A DNA stretch of 64,000 bases. It comes from an uncultured delta proteobacterium. Its GTDB lineage: Bacteria > Myxococcota_A > Polyangia > Fen-1088. Location: contig CAVWIP010000008.1 in assembly GCA_963755125.1 (NCBI GenBank), forward strand, positions 64,001 through 128,000. The letters are read 5' to 3'. The notes under the pieces are model-generated. The model made no database searches, was not told the origin of the DNA, and was given only the letters and a program-made list of their open reading frames with translations. How positions within the stretch are numbered: the stretch's first letter is position 1; every line of letters begins with the position of its first letter. The translations under genes were made by a program, and so were the position numbers. Positions 42,446 through 52,434 of the stretch are shown here, one piece after another.

Positions 42446-43540
42446 TTACTCCTCGCGCCGCTGCATCGCTGCCATCATCTCCTGAAAAGCGCGCCGACGG
42501 GGATAGGCATCTTCACCCAGCAGGCCGGCCAGCCTGTCGAGCGCCGCACGCGCCTCTTCGCCGGTCACACTGGGCACTTCGACCTGCACCCGCACATGCG
42601 CGTCGCCGCGGCCACCGCCGGTGGCCGGCAGCCCCTTGCCGCGCACGCGAAACACGCTGCCCGGCTGTGTGCCGGCCGGGATCTTCATGCGCACGCGCGC
42701 GTCGAGCAGCGGCACCTCGATCTCGGTGCCCAGGGCTGCCTCGTCCATGCGCACCGGAACTTCGACCTCCAGAACATCGCCCTGCTGGCGATAGAAGGGA
42801 TGCGGACGTACCCGCACAATCACGTGCAAGTCGCCCGCCGGCCCCCCACGCCGGCCGGGCGAGCCCTCGCCCGCTACCCGTTGCGTGCTGCCGGCCTGGG
42901 ATCCGGGCGGTATGCGCACCACGTACTCGCGCTCGCGCTCGCACAGGCCGGTGCCCGAGCAGGGCTTGCAGCGCACGCGCGGGATCTGCCCCGAGCCGCC
43001 GCAGGCCAGGCAGTCGCGCCGGGAAGAGAAGAAGCCGGCCTTGAGCCGCGTGTATCCCTGCCCGGCACAGCGCGCGCAGGCTTGCAGGCCCGCCGCCCCG
43101 CCTTGGGCGCCGGTGCCGCTGCAGTCCCGACAGTCCTCGCCGCGCACGAAGCGAATTGACTGCTGGCACCCCAGCGCGGCCTGTTCGAAATCCAGCTCCA
43201 AGGTGTAGCGCAGGTCTTGCCCGGCGGCCCGTTTGCGGCCCAGCCCGAACAGGTCGCCGAAGATGGCGTCGAAGAAGTCGGTGACCTTGGCTAGATCGGC
43301 GCTGTCCCCGAAGGGCAGATCGCCGGGCACATCGCCCAGCCGATCGTAGCGCGCCCGTTTCTCCTCGTCGCCCAACACCGCATAGGCCAGCGAGACTTCC
43401 TTGAAGCGCTCCTCGGCCGAAACCTGGCCCGGGTTGCGGTCGGGATGGAACTGCAAGGCCAGCTTGCGATAGGCCGCCTTGATCTCGGCCGCGGGTGCGT
43501 CGCGGGCCACACCCAAGGTCTTGTAGTGATCGTGCGCCAC
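42446..43540 (-). CDS. dnaJ: Chaperone DnaJ
   Basis: HPD motif, four CxxCxGxG repeats; downstream of dnaK. Confidence 0.92.
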   Translation of the reverse strand: MAHDHYKTLGVARDAPAAEIKAAYRKLALQFHPDRNPGQVSAEERFKEVSLAYAVLGDEEKRARYDRLGDVPGDLPFGDSADLAKVTDFFDAIFGDLFGLGRKRAAGQDLRYTLELDFEQAALGCQQSIRFVRGEDCRDCSGTGAQGGAAGLQACARCAGQGYTRLKAGFFSSRRDCLACGGSGQIPRVRCKPCSGTGLCEREREYVVRIPPGSQAGSTQRVAGEGSPGRRGGPAGDLHVIVRVRPHPFYRQQGDVLEVEVPVRMDEAALGTEIEVPLLDARVRMKIPAGTQPGSVFRVRGKGLPATGGGRGDAHVRVQVEVPSVTGEEARAALDRLAGLLGEDAYPRRRAFQEMMAAMQRREE

Positions 43541-43546
43541 GGCGGG

Positions 43547-45391
43547 CTACGAAGATTTCTCGGGCTCTGGCTCGGGCACGCTCCCGCCCTGCAGCGCCAC
43601 GAACAGCATGTGGGCCTCGGTTTCCAGCTTGGAAAGAACCGCGCGCGCGCGCGGGACGTCGCCCGCGAACATCTCGAAGGTGTGCTTGCACTCGTCGAGC
43701 GCCGTCTGCAGTCGTCCCCTGGCGTCCGGGTCCAGCTTGTCGCCGAATTCCTCCAAGGTGCGCTCGGTGCCGTAGATGAGCGTGTCGGCGCCGTTGCACA
43801 GATCGGCCCACTCCTTCTTGGCCTGGTCCACCTGGCGACTGGCGTCGGAATCGGCGATGAAGGCGTTGATCTCGGCCTCGGAAAGGCCCGAGGTCGGCTG
43901 CACCACGACGGTCTGACTCTTGCCCGTGCCCATGTCCTTGGCCGAAACGCTGACCATGCCGTTGGAATCGATGTCGAACGATACCTCGATCTGGGGCGCG
44001 CCCCGCGGCGCCGGCGGGATGCCGGTCAGTTGAAAGTGAGCCAGGCTCTTGTTGTCCTCGGCCATCTTGCGCTCGCCTTGCAGAACGTGCACGTTGACGT
44101 AGGGTTGGTTGTCCACCGCGGTGGAAAACGCACGCGCGCGCCGCACCGGGATGGAGGTGTTGCGCGGGATGATGGGCGTGAACACGCCGCCCGCCGTCTC
44201 GACGCCCAGGGAAAGCGGGGTCACGTCGAGCAGCAACACGTCCTGCTGCTCGCCCGAGAGCACCGCACCCTGCAGGGCCGCGCCCACCGCCACCGCTTCG
44301 TCGGGATTCACCGCGCGCGACGGCTTCTTGCCGAAGAAGTTCGACACCAGCTCCTGCACGCGCGGCATGCGCGTCTGGCCGCCCACCAGGATGACCTCGT
44401 CGACGTCGGCGACCGCCCAGCCCGCATCCTTGAGCACCTGCTCGATGGGAGAAATGGTCCGGGCCAGCAGATCCTCGCACATCTCTTCCAGCTTGCTGCG
44501 CGTGATCGAGGTGATGAGATGCTTGGGTCCGTCGGCGCCCGCCGCGATGAACGGCAGGTTGACCTCGGTGTCCAGGCTGGTGGACAGCTCGTGCTTGGCC
44601 CGCTCGGCGGCCTCGCGCAAGCGCTGCAGGGCCATGCGCTCGCCCCGCAAATCGATGCCCGTCTCGGCCTGGAACCCGTCAGCCAGGAAGCCCACGATCC
44701 GCGCATCGATGTCTTCGCCGCCCAGAAAGCCGTCGCCGCTCGATGCCTTGACCTGGTACACGCCCTCGTGCAGGTGCAAGAGCGAGATATCGAAGGTGCC
44801 GCCGCCCAGATCGTAGACCGCAAGCTTGGCGTCGGACACCAGACTCAGGCGACCGAAGGCCAGCGCCGCGGCGGTGGGCTCGTTGATGATTCGCCTGACG
44901 TTGAGGCCCGCGATGCAACCCGCGTCCTTGGTGGCCTGGCGCTGGCTGTCGCCGAAGTAGGCGGGCACGGTGATGACCGCGTCGGTGACCGGCTCGCCCA
45001 GATACTCCTCGGCGGTCTTCCGCATCTTGTCCAGAACGAAGGCCGAAAGCTGCGCGGGCGGATATTCCTTGCCCTTGACCTGCACCCACGCGTCGCCGTT
45101 GGCCGCGGCCACCACTTCATAGGTCGAGGACTTGGCGTGACGTTCGACCTCCGGATCGGCGCGCTTGCGCCCCATCAGGCGCTTGACCGCCGACACCGTG
45201 CACTCGGCGTTGGTGACCGCCTGGCGCTTCGCGATCTGGCCGACCAGGGGCTCGCCCTCGTTCGCCAGCGCGATCACCGAGGGCGTGGTGCGCGAGCCCT
45301 CGCTGTTGGGGATGACCAGTGGCTCCATCCCCTCCAGCACGGCCACGCAGGAGTTGGTCGTTCCGAGATCGATTCCGATGATGCGGCTCAC
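43547..45391 (-). CDS. dnaK: Chaperone DnaK
   Basis: [40 protein letters not shown]. Confidence 0.96.
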   Translation of the reverse strand: MSRIIGIDLGTTNSCVAVLEGMEPLVIPNSEGSRTTPSVIALANEGEPLVGQIAKRQAVTNAECTVSAVKRLMGRKRADPEVERHAKSSTYEVVAAANGDAWVQVKGKEYPPAQLSAFVLDKMRKTAEEYLGEPVTDAVITVPAYFGDSQRQATKDAGCIAGLNVRRIINEPTAAALAFGRLSLVSDAKLAVYDLGGGTFDISLLHLHEGVYQVKASSGDGFLGGEDIDARIVGFLADGFQAETGIDLRGERMALQRLREAAERAKHELSTSLDTEVNLPFIAAGADGPKHLITSITRSKLEEMCEDLLARTISPIEQVLKDAGWAVADVDEVILVGGQTRMPRVQELVSNFFGKKPSRAVNPDEAVAVGAALQGAVLSGEQQDVLLLDVTPLSLGVETAGGVFTPIIPRNTSIPVRRARAFSTAVDNQPYVNVHVLQGERKMAEDNKSLAHFQLTGIPPAPRGAPQIEVSFDIDSNGMVSVSAKDMGTGKSQTVVVQPTSGLSEAEINAFIADSDASRQVDQAKKEWADLCNGADTLIYGTERTLEEFGDKLDPDARGRLQTALDECKHTFEMFAGDVPRARAVLSKLETEAHMLFVALQGGSVPEPEPEKSS

Positions 45392-46086
45392 GAGGGCTTG
45401 TCTCCCTTGTCAGGCGTCTCGTCATCGCCGGTCACGTCGATCTCCACTCCACCCGCCGACGGCCCAGCCGCCTGCGCTTGTTTCGCATCCGACTTACCGG
45501 TTTCCGCTGGCGGCGCGGGCGGCGCAGCGGCGACCACCACGATGGCCGGGCGAAGCAGCCGCTCACCCATGCGATAGCCTTTCTGCAGCTCGTGCAGCAC
45601 CGTGCCGGGCATGGCCTCGCTGCTGGGTGCCTGCGAGATCGCATCGTGCACGCGCGGATCGAAGGGCTGGCCTTTGGCGTCGATGGCCGTCACCGAATAG
45701 CGTTCCAGCTTCGACTTGAACAGGCGCAAGACCAGCTCGACTCCGTCCTGCACCGACTTGACGTCGGTTTCGCCACCTTCCTTCCACGAGGCGATGGCGC
45801 GTTCCAAGTTGTCCGCGATCTCCAAGAATTCGCGCAGCACCGTCTCGCGTGCCTTGACGTCGTGCTCGGCCATGTCCTTGCGCACGCGCTTCTTGTAGTT
45901 GTCGAATTCGGCCGCGATGCGGAGCATGCGGTCCCTGAACTCGGCCTTCTCGGCTTCCAGGGTGGCCACCCGTTGCTCCGGCGTCGGTTCCGCGGGCGCC
46001 GGCGCGGCGGCGACCGTCGGGATCTCGGCTGCCGGCGGTGTGGTTTCGAAGGCGGGATTCTCTTCGGACTCGTCGTGTTCGCTCAT
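45388..46086 (-). CDS. grpE: Nucleotide exchange factor GrpE
   Basis: AEFDNYKKR, DNLERA, FDPRVHDA, KGY..LRPA. Confidence 0.94.
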   Translation of the reverse strand: MSEHDESEENPAFETTPPAAEIPTVAAAPAPAEPTPEQRVATLEAEKAEFRDRMLRIAAEFDNYKKRVRKDMAEHDVKARETVLREFLEIADNLERAIASWKEGGETDVKSVQDGVELVLRLFKSKLERYSVTAIDAKGQPFDPRVHDAISQAPSSEAMPGTVLHELQKGYRMGERLLRPAIVVVAAAPPAPPAETGKSDAKQAQAAGPSAGGVEIDVTGDDETPDKGDKPS

Positions 46087-46127
46087 GGCAAGCAAATTCG
46101 CGGGCGGAACGCAGCCGCGCGCTCCTT

Positions 46128-47159
46128 TCAGGGCCTGGGAAGCACCTCGGTAATCACGTCGGCTGTGAAGTCTACCAGAGGGATGACCTTGGAATAACTC
46201 ATTCGCGACGGACCGATCACCCCGATGGTTCCCAGCGGCCGGTCCTCGCCGCCGTAGCTCGCGGCCACCACCGAGATCTCGGTCAAGTCCGCCAGGTTGG
46301 CCTCCGCGCCGATGAACACGCAGATGCCAGGCGCATTGAGCGTGCGTTCCAGCAGCTTGACGATCTGATCTTTCTCTTCCAGCGTGCGCAGCACGCGGCG
46401 AGCCCGATCCAAATCCGCCGCCGCCGACAGGAGATTCGACTGTCCATCGAGCAGAATGTCCGCCCCCGGCTCGGCCGCGGGAGCCGCCGCCATGGCCAGA
46501 TCGAGCGCCTGCGCCAGCACGGGATCGCTGACCGAGCGCTCGCGTTCCTTCTCGATCTCGCGCACCAGCCGCACGCGCATCTGGTCCAGGGTCAAGCCCG
46601 ACACCAAGCTGTTGAGATAGTTGTTGATGCGCTCGAGATCGCCGGGCGAGAGCGAGAAATCGATGGGGATGAGCTTGTTCTGAATCTGGCCGCTTTGCGA
46701 GGCGATGACGGCCAGCAAATGGTCGCCGCGCAGACGCACGAACTCGAGGTGCGACACCGCATCCGATTCGGGACGCGGCGCCTGCACGACCACGGCCAGG
46801 TGCGAAAGATCGCGCAGCACGCGCGCCACCCTTTGCATGATGTCTTGCGGGTCCGCGACCGGCCCCAGCCGCTCACGGATCTCCACCTGTTCCGGCGCAG
46901 ATAGGCTGCGCACGCGCAAGAGCGTGTCCACGTAGTAACGCAGGCCGCGATCGGTGGGGATGCGCCCCGCCGAGGTGTGCAGGTGGTGCAGCATGCCCAG
47001 ATCTTCCAACTCGCCCATCACCGTGCGCACCGTGGCCGGGGAAGCCGCCAACCGGTAGCGATGCGCAACCGTCTCAGACCCCACCGCCTCGCCGGTGGCC
47101 AGGTATTCGGACACCACGGCGTGCAGGACCTTCTTCGCACGTGCGCCAATGTCGCTCAC
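46128..47159 (-). CDS. hrcA: Heat-inducible transcription repressor HrcA
   Basis: SPATVR..LE..HTSAGRIPTDRGLRYYVD, GVIGPSRMSY. Confidence 0.94.
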   Translation of the reverse strand: MSDIGARAKKVLHAVVSEYLATGEAVGSETVAHRYRLAASPATVRTVMGELEDLGMLHHLHTSAGRIPTDRGLRYYVDTLLRVRSLSAPEQVEIRERLGPVADPQDIMQRVARVLRDLSHLAVVVQAPRPESDAVSHLEFVRLRGDHLLAVIASQSGQIQNKLIPIDFSLSPGDLERINNYLNSLVSGLTLDQMRVRLVREIEKERERSVSDPVLAQALDLAMAAAPAAEPGADILLDGQSNLLSAAADLDRARRVLRTLEEKDQIVKLLERTLNAPGICVFIGAEANLADLTEISVVAASYGGEDRPLGTIGVIGPSRMSYSKVIPLVDFTADVITEVLPRP

Positions 47160-47203
47160 GCTTACTATCTAACTCGGAAACCGAGCCGCAGCCAAGCGTC
47201 GGA

Positions 47204-48421
47204 CTAGATTCCAAGCCACAGGCGGGTGGCGACCTCGTCGGCAAACAGGAAGCCCGCGACCGTGAGGCGCAGGCGATCGGGCGCGACCGACAACCAGCCC
47301 GCGTCCACGCACTTCTGGGCTGCGGCGGCGCGTTCGGGAGACGACAGCGGATCGCGGCCGTGGCGACGCGCGTGCGCCGCCCGATCCACACCGTCGCAGG
47401 TTCGCAGTCCCAGCCACAACCCCTCGTTTTCCAGGTCCTCGACTGTGCGGTGTTCGATCTTGGCCGGCAATGGGTTCCCTTTCCCGGCCGCTGCCGAGCG
47501 CAGATAGGTTGCAAGCGCGCGCGGGTTGGAGAAGCGCCAGCCGGTGCCGTCGATGAGCGGCCGGAATGACGACGCGGATGCGCCCACACCCAGGTAAGCT
47601 CCGCCGGTCCAGTAGAGCGTGTTGTGAACCGCACGCCGGCCGGGACGCGCATAGGACGAAATCTCATAATGCTCGAAGCCCGCGGCCTGCAGCATCTCGT
47701 GCGCCGTCACGTACATCGCCGCCACGGCCTCCTCGTCGGGCCGGTGCAGCTTGCCCGCGCGCTCGCGGGCGCCAAACGGCGTGCCGCGCTCGACGGTCAG
47801 GACGTAGGCGGTGATGTGCTCGGGCGAAAGCGCTACCAGGGCGTCGAGCGAATGGCGCCAGTCATCCATGGTCTGGCCGGGAAGCCCGAACATCAAATCC
47901 GCGCACAGGTTTTCGATGCCCGCGCTGCGCACGGCGTGGATCGCCGCCGCAATAGCGGCCACGCTGTGCTGCCGGCCGATGGCGGCCAGCAAATGATCCT
48001 GGAAGGCCTGCATCCCGAGCGACACCCGGTTCACCCCTGCCGCACGCAGGCCCACCGCATCCTCCGCCGTCATCTCGCCGGGGTTCGCCTCGACCGTGAT
48101 TTCCAGCGGCCCGGTCGCAGCGAAGAGCCTGCGCGTGGTCTCGATCGCGCGCCCCATGGCCTCGGGCCGCCACAGGCCGGGCGTGCCGCCGCCGAAGTAG
48201 ATCGAACACAAGTTCGACGCGTCCTTGCCGCGAAACCAGCCCGCACGCGCCGCAAGCTCGGCCACGACCGCTTCCGCGTACTCGTCGTGCGGGATCGGCT
48301 CGCGCACCGCCGTGGCGAAATCGCAGTAGGGACAGCGCGCCCGACAGAAAGGGACGTGGACGTACACACCCAGCGGGCGGGTGGTATCCACAAAGCCGGT
48401 TCCTGCATCGGCAGGGGTCAT
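47204..48421 (-). CDS. hemW: Radical SAM heme chaperone HemW
   Basis: YVHVPFCRARCPYCDF, YFGGGTP, EANP, HYEISSY, HNTLYW; upstream of hrcA. Confidence 0.9.
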   Translation of the reverse strand: MTPADAGTGFVDTTRPLGVYVHVPFCRARCPYCDFATAVREPIPHDEYAEAVVAELAARAGWFRGKDASNLCSIYFGGGTPGLWRPEAMGRAIETTRRLFAATGPLEITVEANPGEMTAEDAVGLRAAGVNRVSLGMQAFQDHLLAAIGRQHSVAAIAAAIHAVRSAGIENLCADLMFGLPGQTMDDWRHSLDALVALSPEHITAYVLTVERGTPFGARERAGKLHRPDEEAVAAMYVTAHEMLQAAGFEHYEISSYARPGRRAVHNTLYWTGGAYLGVGASASSFRPLIDGTGWRFSNPRALATYLRSAAAGKGNPLPAKIEHRTVEDLENEGLWLGLRTCDGVDRAAHARRHGRDPLSSPERAAAAQKCVDAGWLSVAPDRLRLTVAGFLFADEVATRLWLGI

Positions 48422-48582
48422 GGACGATGGGCTCGCGCAGGTTCGACGCGAACGTCTTCGGTTCTCCTCATGGTGATCCCCAGGTCAATACTTGCATAGC
48501 GCGACTCTTTCCGCGCTACCATCGTAGGGCCGCATGAGGCTCGACCATCACTCTTGGGACACGACGAGGGCGCCGTAGCACG

Positions 48583-49626
48583 ATGCGGGTCGTCTTCTTT
48601 CTACAAGGCCAGCGCGTCCCGGCGGCGCGCTTTCGTGGGATGGCGGTGGCGCAGGCTCTGGGCGCGGCGGGGATGGATTGCAGCCTGCGCATTCCGGTGC
48701 CCAGCGTGTACGGCGACTGGCTGCCTCGCTTTCCCACCGGTCCGTGGCGTCGCTTGCTGGTGCCATGGGTTGCCCTCGTCAGGCTGGCACAGCTTCGCGA
48801 TTTGCGACCCGGCGACGTGGTTTTCTTCCAACGCCCCATGATCGAGTTACCCACCGTCCTCCTGGAAAGACTGGCGGCGCGTGGGCGCAGGTCGCTGTTC
48901 GATTTCGACGACGCCATATTCTTGAACTGGGGCGGGCGCGAGAAGCTGCGCCGCACGGTCGCGCTGGTGGACCACGTGGTGGCGGGCAATCGCTTCCTCG
49001 CCGAGGCCGCGCGAGCACCAGAGAAGACCACCATCATCCCCACCGCCGTGGACACCAACCGCTGGGCCGTGATGCCGACACGGGACGCGCGTGGCCGTGA
49101 AGTCGTCGTGGGCTGGACCGGGCTGTCGTGTAACTACCGGCATCTGGCCCTGGCCCGCGCCCCCATTGCGCGCGCCCTGCGCCGCACGGGCGCCAGGTTC
49201 GTGGTGATCTCCGACCGGCCACCGCCCCGGGAGTTGGCCGACCTGATGCCCGCGTTCGTGCCCTGGCGAGCGGAAAGCGAAATCGAGGATCTGGCCCGTC
49301 TCGACGTGGGCGTGATGCCGCTGCCCGACGGCCTTCACGAACGGGGCAAGTGCGCGTTCAAGCTTATCCAGTACATGGCCTTGGGCCGGCCAGGGTTGGC
49401 CTCACCGGTGGGTGTCAACTGCGAAGTGGTTACCGACGGCAGTGACGGCTTTCTGCCCCGTACCGATGCCGATTGGGAGGAGCAACTCGTGCGGCTCATC
49501 GAGAATCCCGACTTGCGCGTTCAGGTGGGCGGCCACGCGCGCCAGCGGGTGGAGGCGGCATACTCTGTCGCGGCCGTGGCACCACGCTACCTAGAAGTTG
49601 TCAACCGCGTTGCTTCGGCCATTTGA
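48583..49626 (+). CDS. Glycosyltransferase family 4
   Basis: FDFDDAI, VGWTG, DVGVMPL..GKCAFKLIQYMALG..SPVG. Confidence 0.85.
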   Translation: MRVVFFLQGQRVPAARFRGMAVAQALGAAGMDCSLRIPVPSVYGDWLPRFPTGPWRRLLVPWVALVRLAQLRDLRPGDVVFFQRPMIELPTVLLERLAARGRRSLFDFDDAIFLNWGGREKLRRTVALVDHVVAGNRFLAEAARAPEKTTIIPTAVDTNRWAVMPTRDARGREVVVGWTGLSCNYRHLALARAPIARALRRTGARFVVISDRPPPRELADLMPAFVPWRAESEIEDLARLDVGVMPLPDGLHERGKCAFKLIQYMALGRPGLASPVGVNCEVVTDGSDGFLPRTDADWEEQLVRLIENPDLRVQVGGHARQRVEAAYSVAAVAPRYLEVVNRVASAI

Positions 49627-49755
49627 CGGCACGCACGTCATCGCTCGCAAGGTCTATCCCGGGGCTGCTGCAACTACTTCGGAGTCAGCGGCACCTTCAA
49701 AAGCTTATGGTGTACAATGGGTCTCGCAATTCGGTCGATCATGAGACGTTGTTCG

Positions 49756-51210
49756 ATGCTGGATGCTCCGTGTGGACTTGCTTTGGCAGGCCGGCGCCTC
49801 TCCGTCGGACTTTCGTTGATTCTCACCTTGAGCGCGTGTTCGGGCAGTGACTCGGATGGCACGGGGGCTGACGCGGGTGCCAGCACTGGCGGAACCGGGC
49901 CAATGACGAGCGCCGGCGCTGGTGCAGGGATGGGTGGAAGCACGTTAGGGGGAAACACCGGAGCCGGCGGAGTAGCAAGCGCCGGTGCAACGACGACGGC
50001 CGGCGGAACCACCGTCGCAGGCGGCCAGGTGAGCATAGGGGGAAGGCCGGGCGGCTCCCGGTCTACAGGCAGCGTTACGATCACCGGCGGAACTACGTCC
50101 ACCGGAGGAGACTCGAACGCGGGTGGCACGGTGAGCACGGGCGGGACCATGACCACCGGCGGTGCGAGAACCACCGGCGGTGCGTCCAGCGCGGGTGGCA
50201 CGCCAGGGGGCTCGCAAGCTAGCGGTGGAGCCGTGGGCGCGGGCGGCTCCAGTGCCACAGCCGGTACCACGAGCGCCGCCGGCTCCACGGCATCCGCTGG
50301 GACCGCCGGCAGTGGGGGTGCCGCGGGGGCTGGCGGTGTCCCTGGGACGAGTTCGGGCTGCCCAGGGGCTGACGCGGCGGAATTCGCCTTGGTACAGGCT
50401 TGGCTGAACAACACCATCGCCGTGGGTGCATTGCCCAATTATGCGTACAGCAACATAAAAACGAATTTCCCTGCGGGCGCGGCGTTCGACAAGCTCGCCT
50501 GTTCCATTGCCATGAGCTGCGTGGAATTCGCCCCGATGGAGACCGACTGGCTCCGCAAGTGCGAGGCGGTCGTCACGTCGGCAATTGTGGCCGAGAGTTC
50601 GTACAATCCCAATTCAGTCGTCACTGACTCCTATGCCACGCGTGCCCTCACTGGCGCAACCGCCAATGATCCCACTGTGGGCCTGCTGCAAGTTCGCTTC
50701 AGTTCCACCATGCACGACTTCAATTACAATGGACCAATGGCCAAGATGGCCGCCCTTGGTTGCACCTGGCCCCCGGAGTTGCAGACCCAGCCGGACACTA
50801 CCAACTTCTGGGCCACGGAGGGCGGCACCACTTACCTCAGTTTCATGCAGGATGTGGCGTGCAACATCGGGTCTGCCGCCTGGTACTACTTCTACAATGC
50901 CACGGGCAACGGTGGCGCCAGCGCGGTGTGGATATCCAACTACTGTGCAGGCCAAGGCATCGCCGGAACCATGGTGACGGGCCTGCTGTCACACCTGGAG
51001 GGAGGCAATTACCCGCGGCCAGCCGACCCCAACAACCCATATCCCTGGGGTATCGAATGCTGCTCGTGCGGCAATCCGTCGGGCTGCACCTGCACCGGGT
51101 GCACCGGCCGCTTTGCCGCTTTCATGGGAATCGGAACGACAGCCTCTCGCCCCACTCCGGACCCGTTCCAGGAAGTGCTGAGCCCTGAGCCCACCAAGTA
51201 CTGCAAGTGA
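49756..51210 (+). CDS. Lipoprotein with Gly/Thr-rich stalk and Cys-rich lysozyme/lytic-transglycosylase-like domain
   Basis: LSAC lipobox; long TGG-rich linker; AIVAESSYNP and VGLLQV motifs; start uncertain (49717-49756). Confidence 0.6.
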   Translation: MLDAPCGLALAGRRLSVGLSLILTLSACSGSDSDGTGADAGASTGGTGPMTSAGAGAGMGGSTLGGNTGAGGVASAGATTTAGGTTVAGGQVSIGGRPGGSRSTGSVTITGGTTSTGGDSNAGGTVSTGGTMTTGGARTTGGASSAGGTPGGSQASGGAVGAGGSSATAGTTSAAGSTASAGTAGSGGAAGAGGVPGTSSGCPGADAAEFALVQAWLNNTIAVGALPNYAYSNIKTNFPAGAAFDKLACSIAMSCVEFAPMETDWLRKCEAVVTSAIVAESSYNPNSVVTDSYATRALTGATANDPTVGLLQVRFSSTMHDFNYNGPMAKMAALGCTWPPELQTQPDTTNFWATEGGTTYLSFMQDVACNIGSAAWYYFYNATGNGGASAVWISNYCAGQGIAGTMVTGLLSHLEGGNYPRPADPNNPYPWGIECCSCGNPSGCTCTGCTGRFAAFMGIGTTASRPTPDPFQEVLSPEPTKYCK

Positions 51211-51270
51211 GCCCGGCGAAGCTCCGCCCTCCCCTTCTCGCCTCCGCGGATCCATGATTGTCTGGGCTCG

Positions 51271-52434
51271 ATGATCGTCTACCTCGACAACGCTGCTTCC
51301 ACTGCGCCGCTGCCCGAAGTCCTGATGGCAGTGACCCGCGCGATGACGGAACTGTACGCCAACCCGTCCTCGGCGCACGGTCTGGGCGCGGCGGCGGCGC
51401 GCGCGCGGGAACAGGCGCGTGGCGAGGTGGCGACGCTGCTGCGTGCCCAGCCCTCGGAGATCGTGTTCACCAGCGGCGGAAGCGAGGCCAATGCCCTGGG
51501 CCTGCTGGGCGCGGCGGCCCTGGCGCGGGAGCGTCACATGGTGGTCAGCGCCATCGAGCACCCGGCGGTCCTGCGTTCCGCCGAAGGCCTGGTCAGCAAG
51601 GGCTGGCAGCTCAGCAAGGTCGCACCTGCGCCCGACGGTCGCGTGACCGTGGAGTCAGTGCTGGCCCGCCTGCGGCCCGACACCGCGGTGCTGGCCGTGA
51701 TGCTGGCCAACAACGAGATCGGCACCTTGCAGCCAGTGGCCGAGATCGGCCGCGCCCTGCGTGCTGCGGGCCGCAAGCTGCACTTTCACGTCGATGCCGT
51801 GCAATTTGCCGGCCTCGTTCCCATCGACGTCACCACACTGGGCGCTGATTCGCTTGCCATTTCGGGGCACAAGCTGCACGGACCCAAGGGCACGGGCGCC
51901 CTCTGGCTGCGCAAGGGCGCGCGCGTGGCGCCCTTGTGGGACGGCGGCCGGCAGGAGAACGGCCTGCGCTCGGGAACCGAAAACCTGCCGGGCTGGGTCG
52001 GTCTCGGGTGTGCAGCGACCCTGTGCCAGCAAGACCCGCGAGCCGGTGACGAGGTGGCCGTCCTGCGCGACCGCCTGGAATCACTGGTTGTGCAAGCGAT
52101 TCCCCGGTCCAGGACCACGGTGCCCGCGGCTACCCCGCGCGCGCCGCACATTGCCAGCCTCTTGTTGCCGGGCCTGCCAGCCGAACCACTGCTGCACGCC
52201 CTGGAAGCGCGAGGCGTGTACGCCTCGGCCGGCGCGGCTTGCTCCACCCGCACGCGCGGGCCCAGCCACGTGCTGGCAGCCATCGGGGTCCGCGTGCAGG
52301 ACGCGGTTCTGCGCTTCTCGCTGTCGCGCCTGACCACGGAAGCCGATGTGGAAGCTGCGGCACGTGCCCTGCGCGAGGCAGTGGACGAGATCGCATCCGT
52401 GGTAGAGGTTCGGCGTCGAGACACGAAACCATGA
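51271..52434 (+). CDS. iscS: Cysteine desulfurase (IscS/NifS family)
   Basis: YLDNAAS, FTSGGSE, NNEIG, SGHKLHGPKG, RSGTEN, SAGAACS. Confidence 0.9.
   Translation: MIVYLDNAASTAPLPEVLMAVTRAMTELYANPSSAHGLGAAAARAREQARGEVATLLRAQPSEIVFTSGGSEANALGLLGAAALARERHMVVSAIEHPAVLRSAEGLVSKGWQLSKVAPAPDGRVTVESVLARLRPDTAVLAVMLANNEIGTLQPVAEIGRALRAAGRKLHFHVDAVQFAGLVPIDVTTLGADSLAISGHKLHGPKGTGALWLRKGARVAPLWDGGRQENGLRSGTENLPGWVGLGCAATLCQQDPRAGDEVAVLRDRLESLVVQAIPRSRTTVPAATPRAPHIASLLLPGLPAEPLLHALEARGVYASAGAACSTRTRGPSHVLAAIGVRVQDAVLRFSLSRLTTEADVEAAARALREAVDEIASVVEVRRRDTKP

Noticed and set aside
43445..45577. Long antisense and alternate-frame ORFs (e.g. 710 aa opposite dnaK; others over elbD, clpB, lon, serA)
   Set aside because: Shadow ORFs expected from high-GC codon bias; no recognisable motifs
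46087..48582. CIRCE element for the hrcA-grpE-dnaK operon
   Set aside because: No TTAGCACTC-N9-GAGTGCTAA match in the intergenic segments read
49850..50360. Low-complexity DNA as a non-coding repeat
   Set aside because: Encodes the Gly/Thr/Ala linker of the lipoprotein
51211..51235. Fourth copy of the palindromic repeat
   Set aside because: Shares only ~10 nt (agggcggagc on the minus strand), too short in GC-rich DNA
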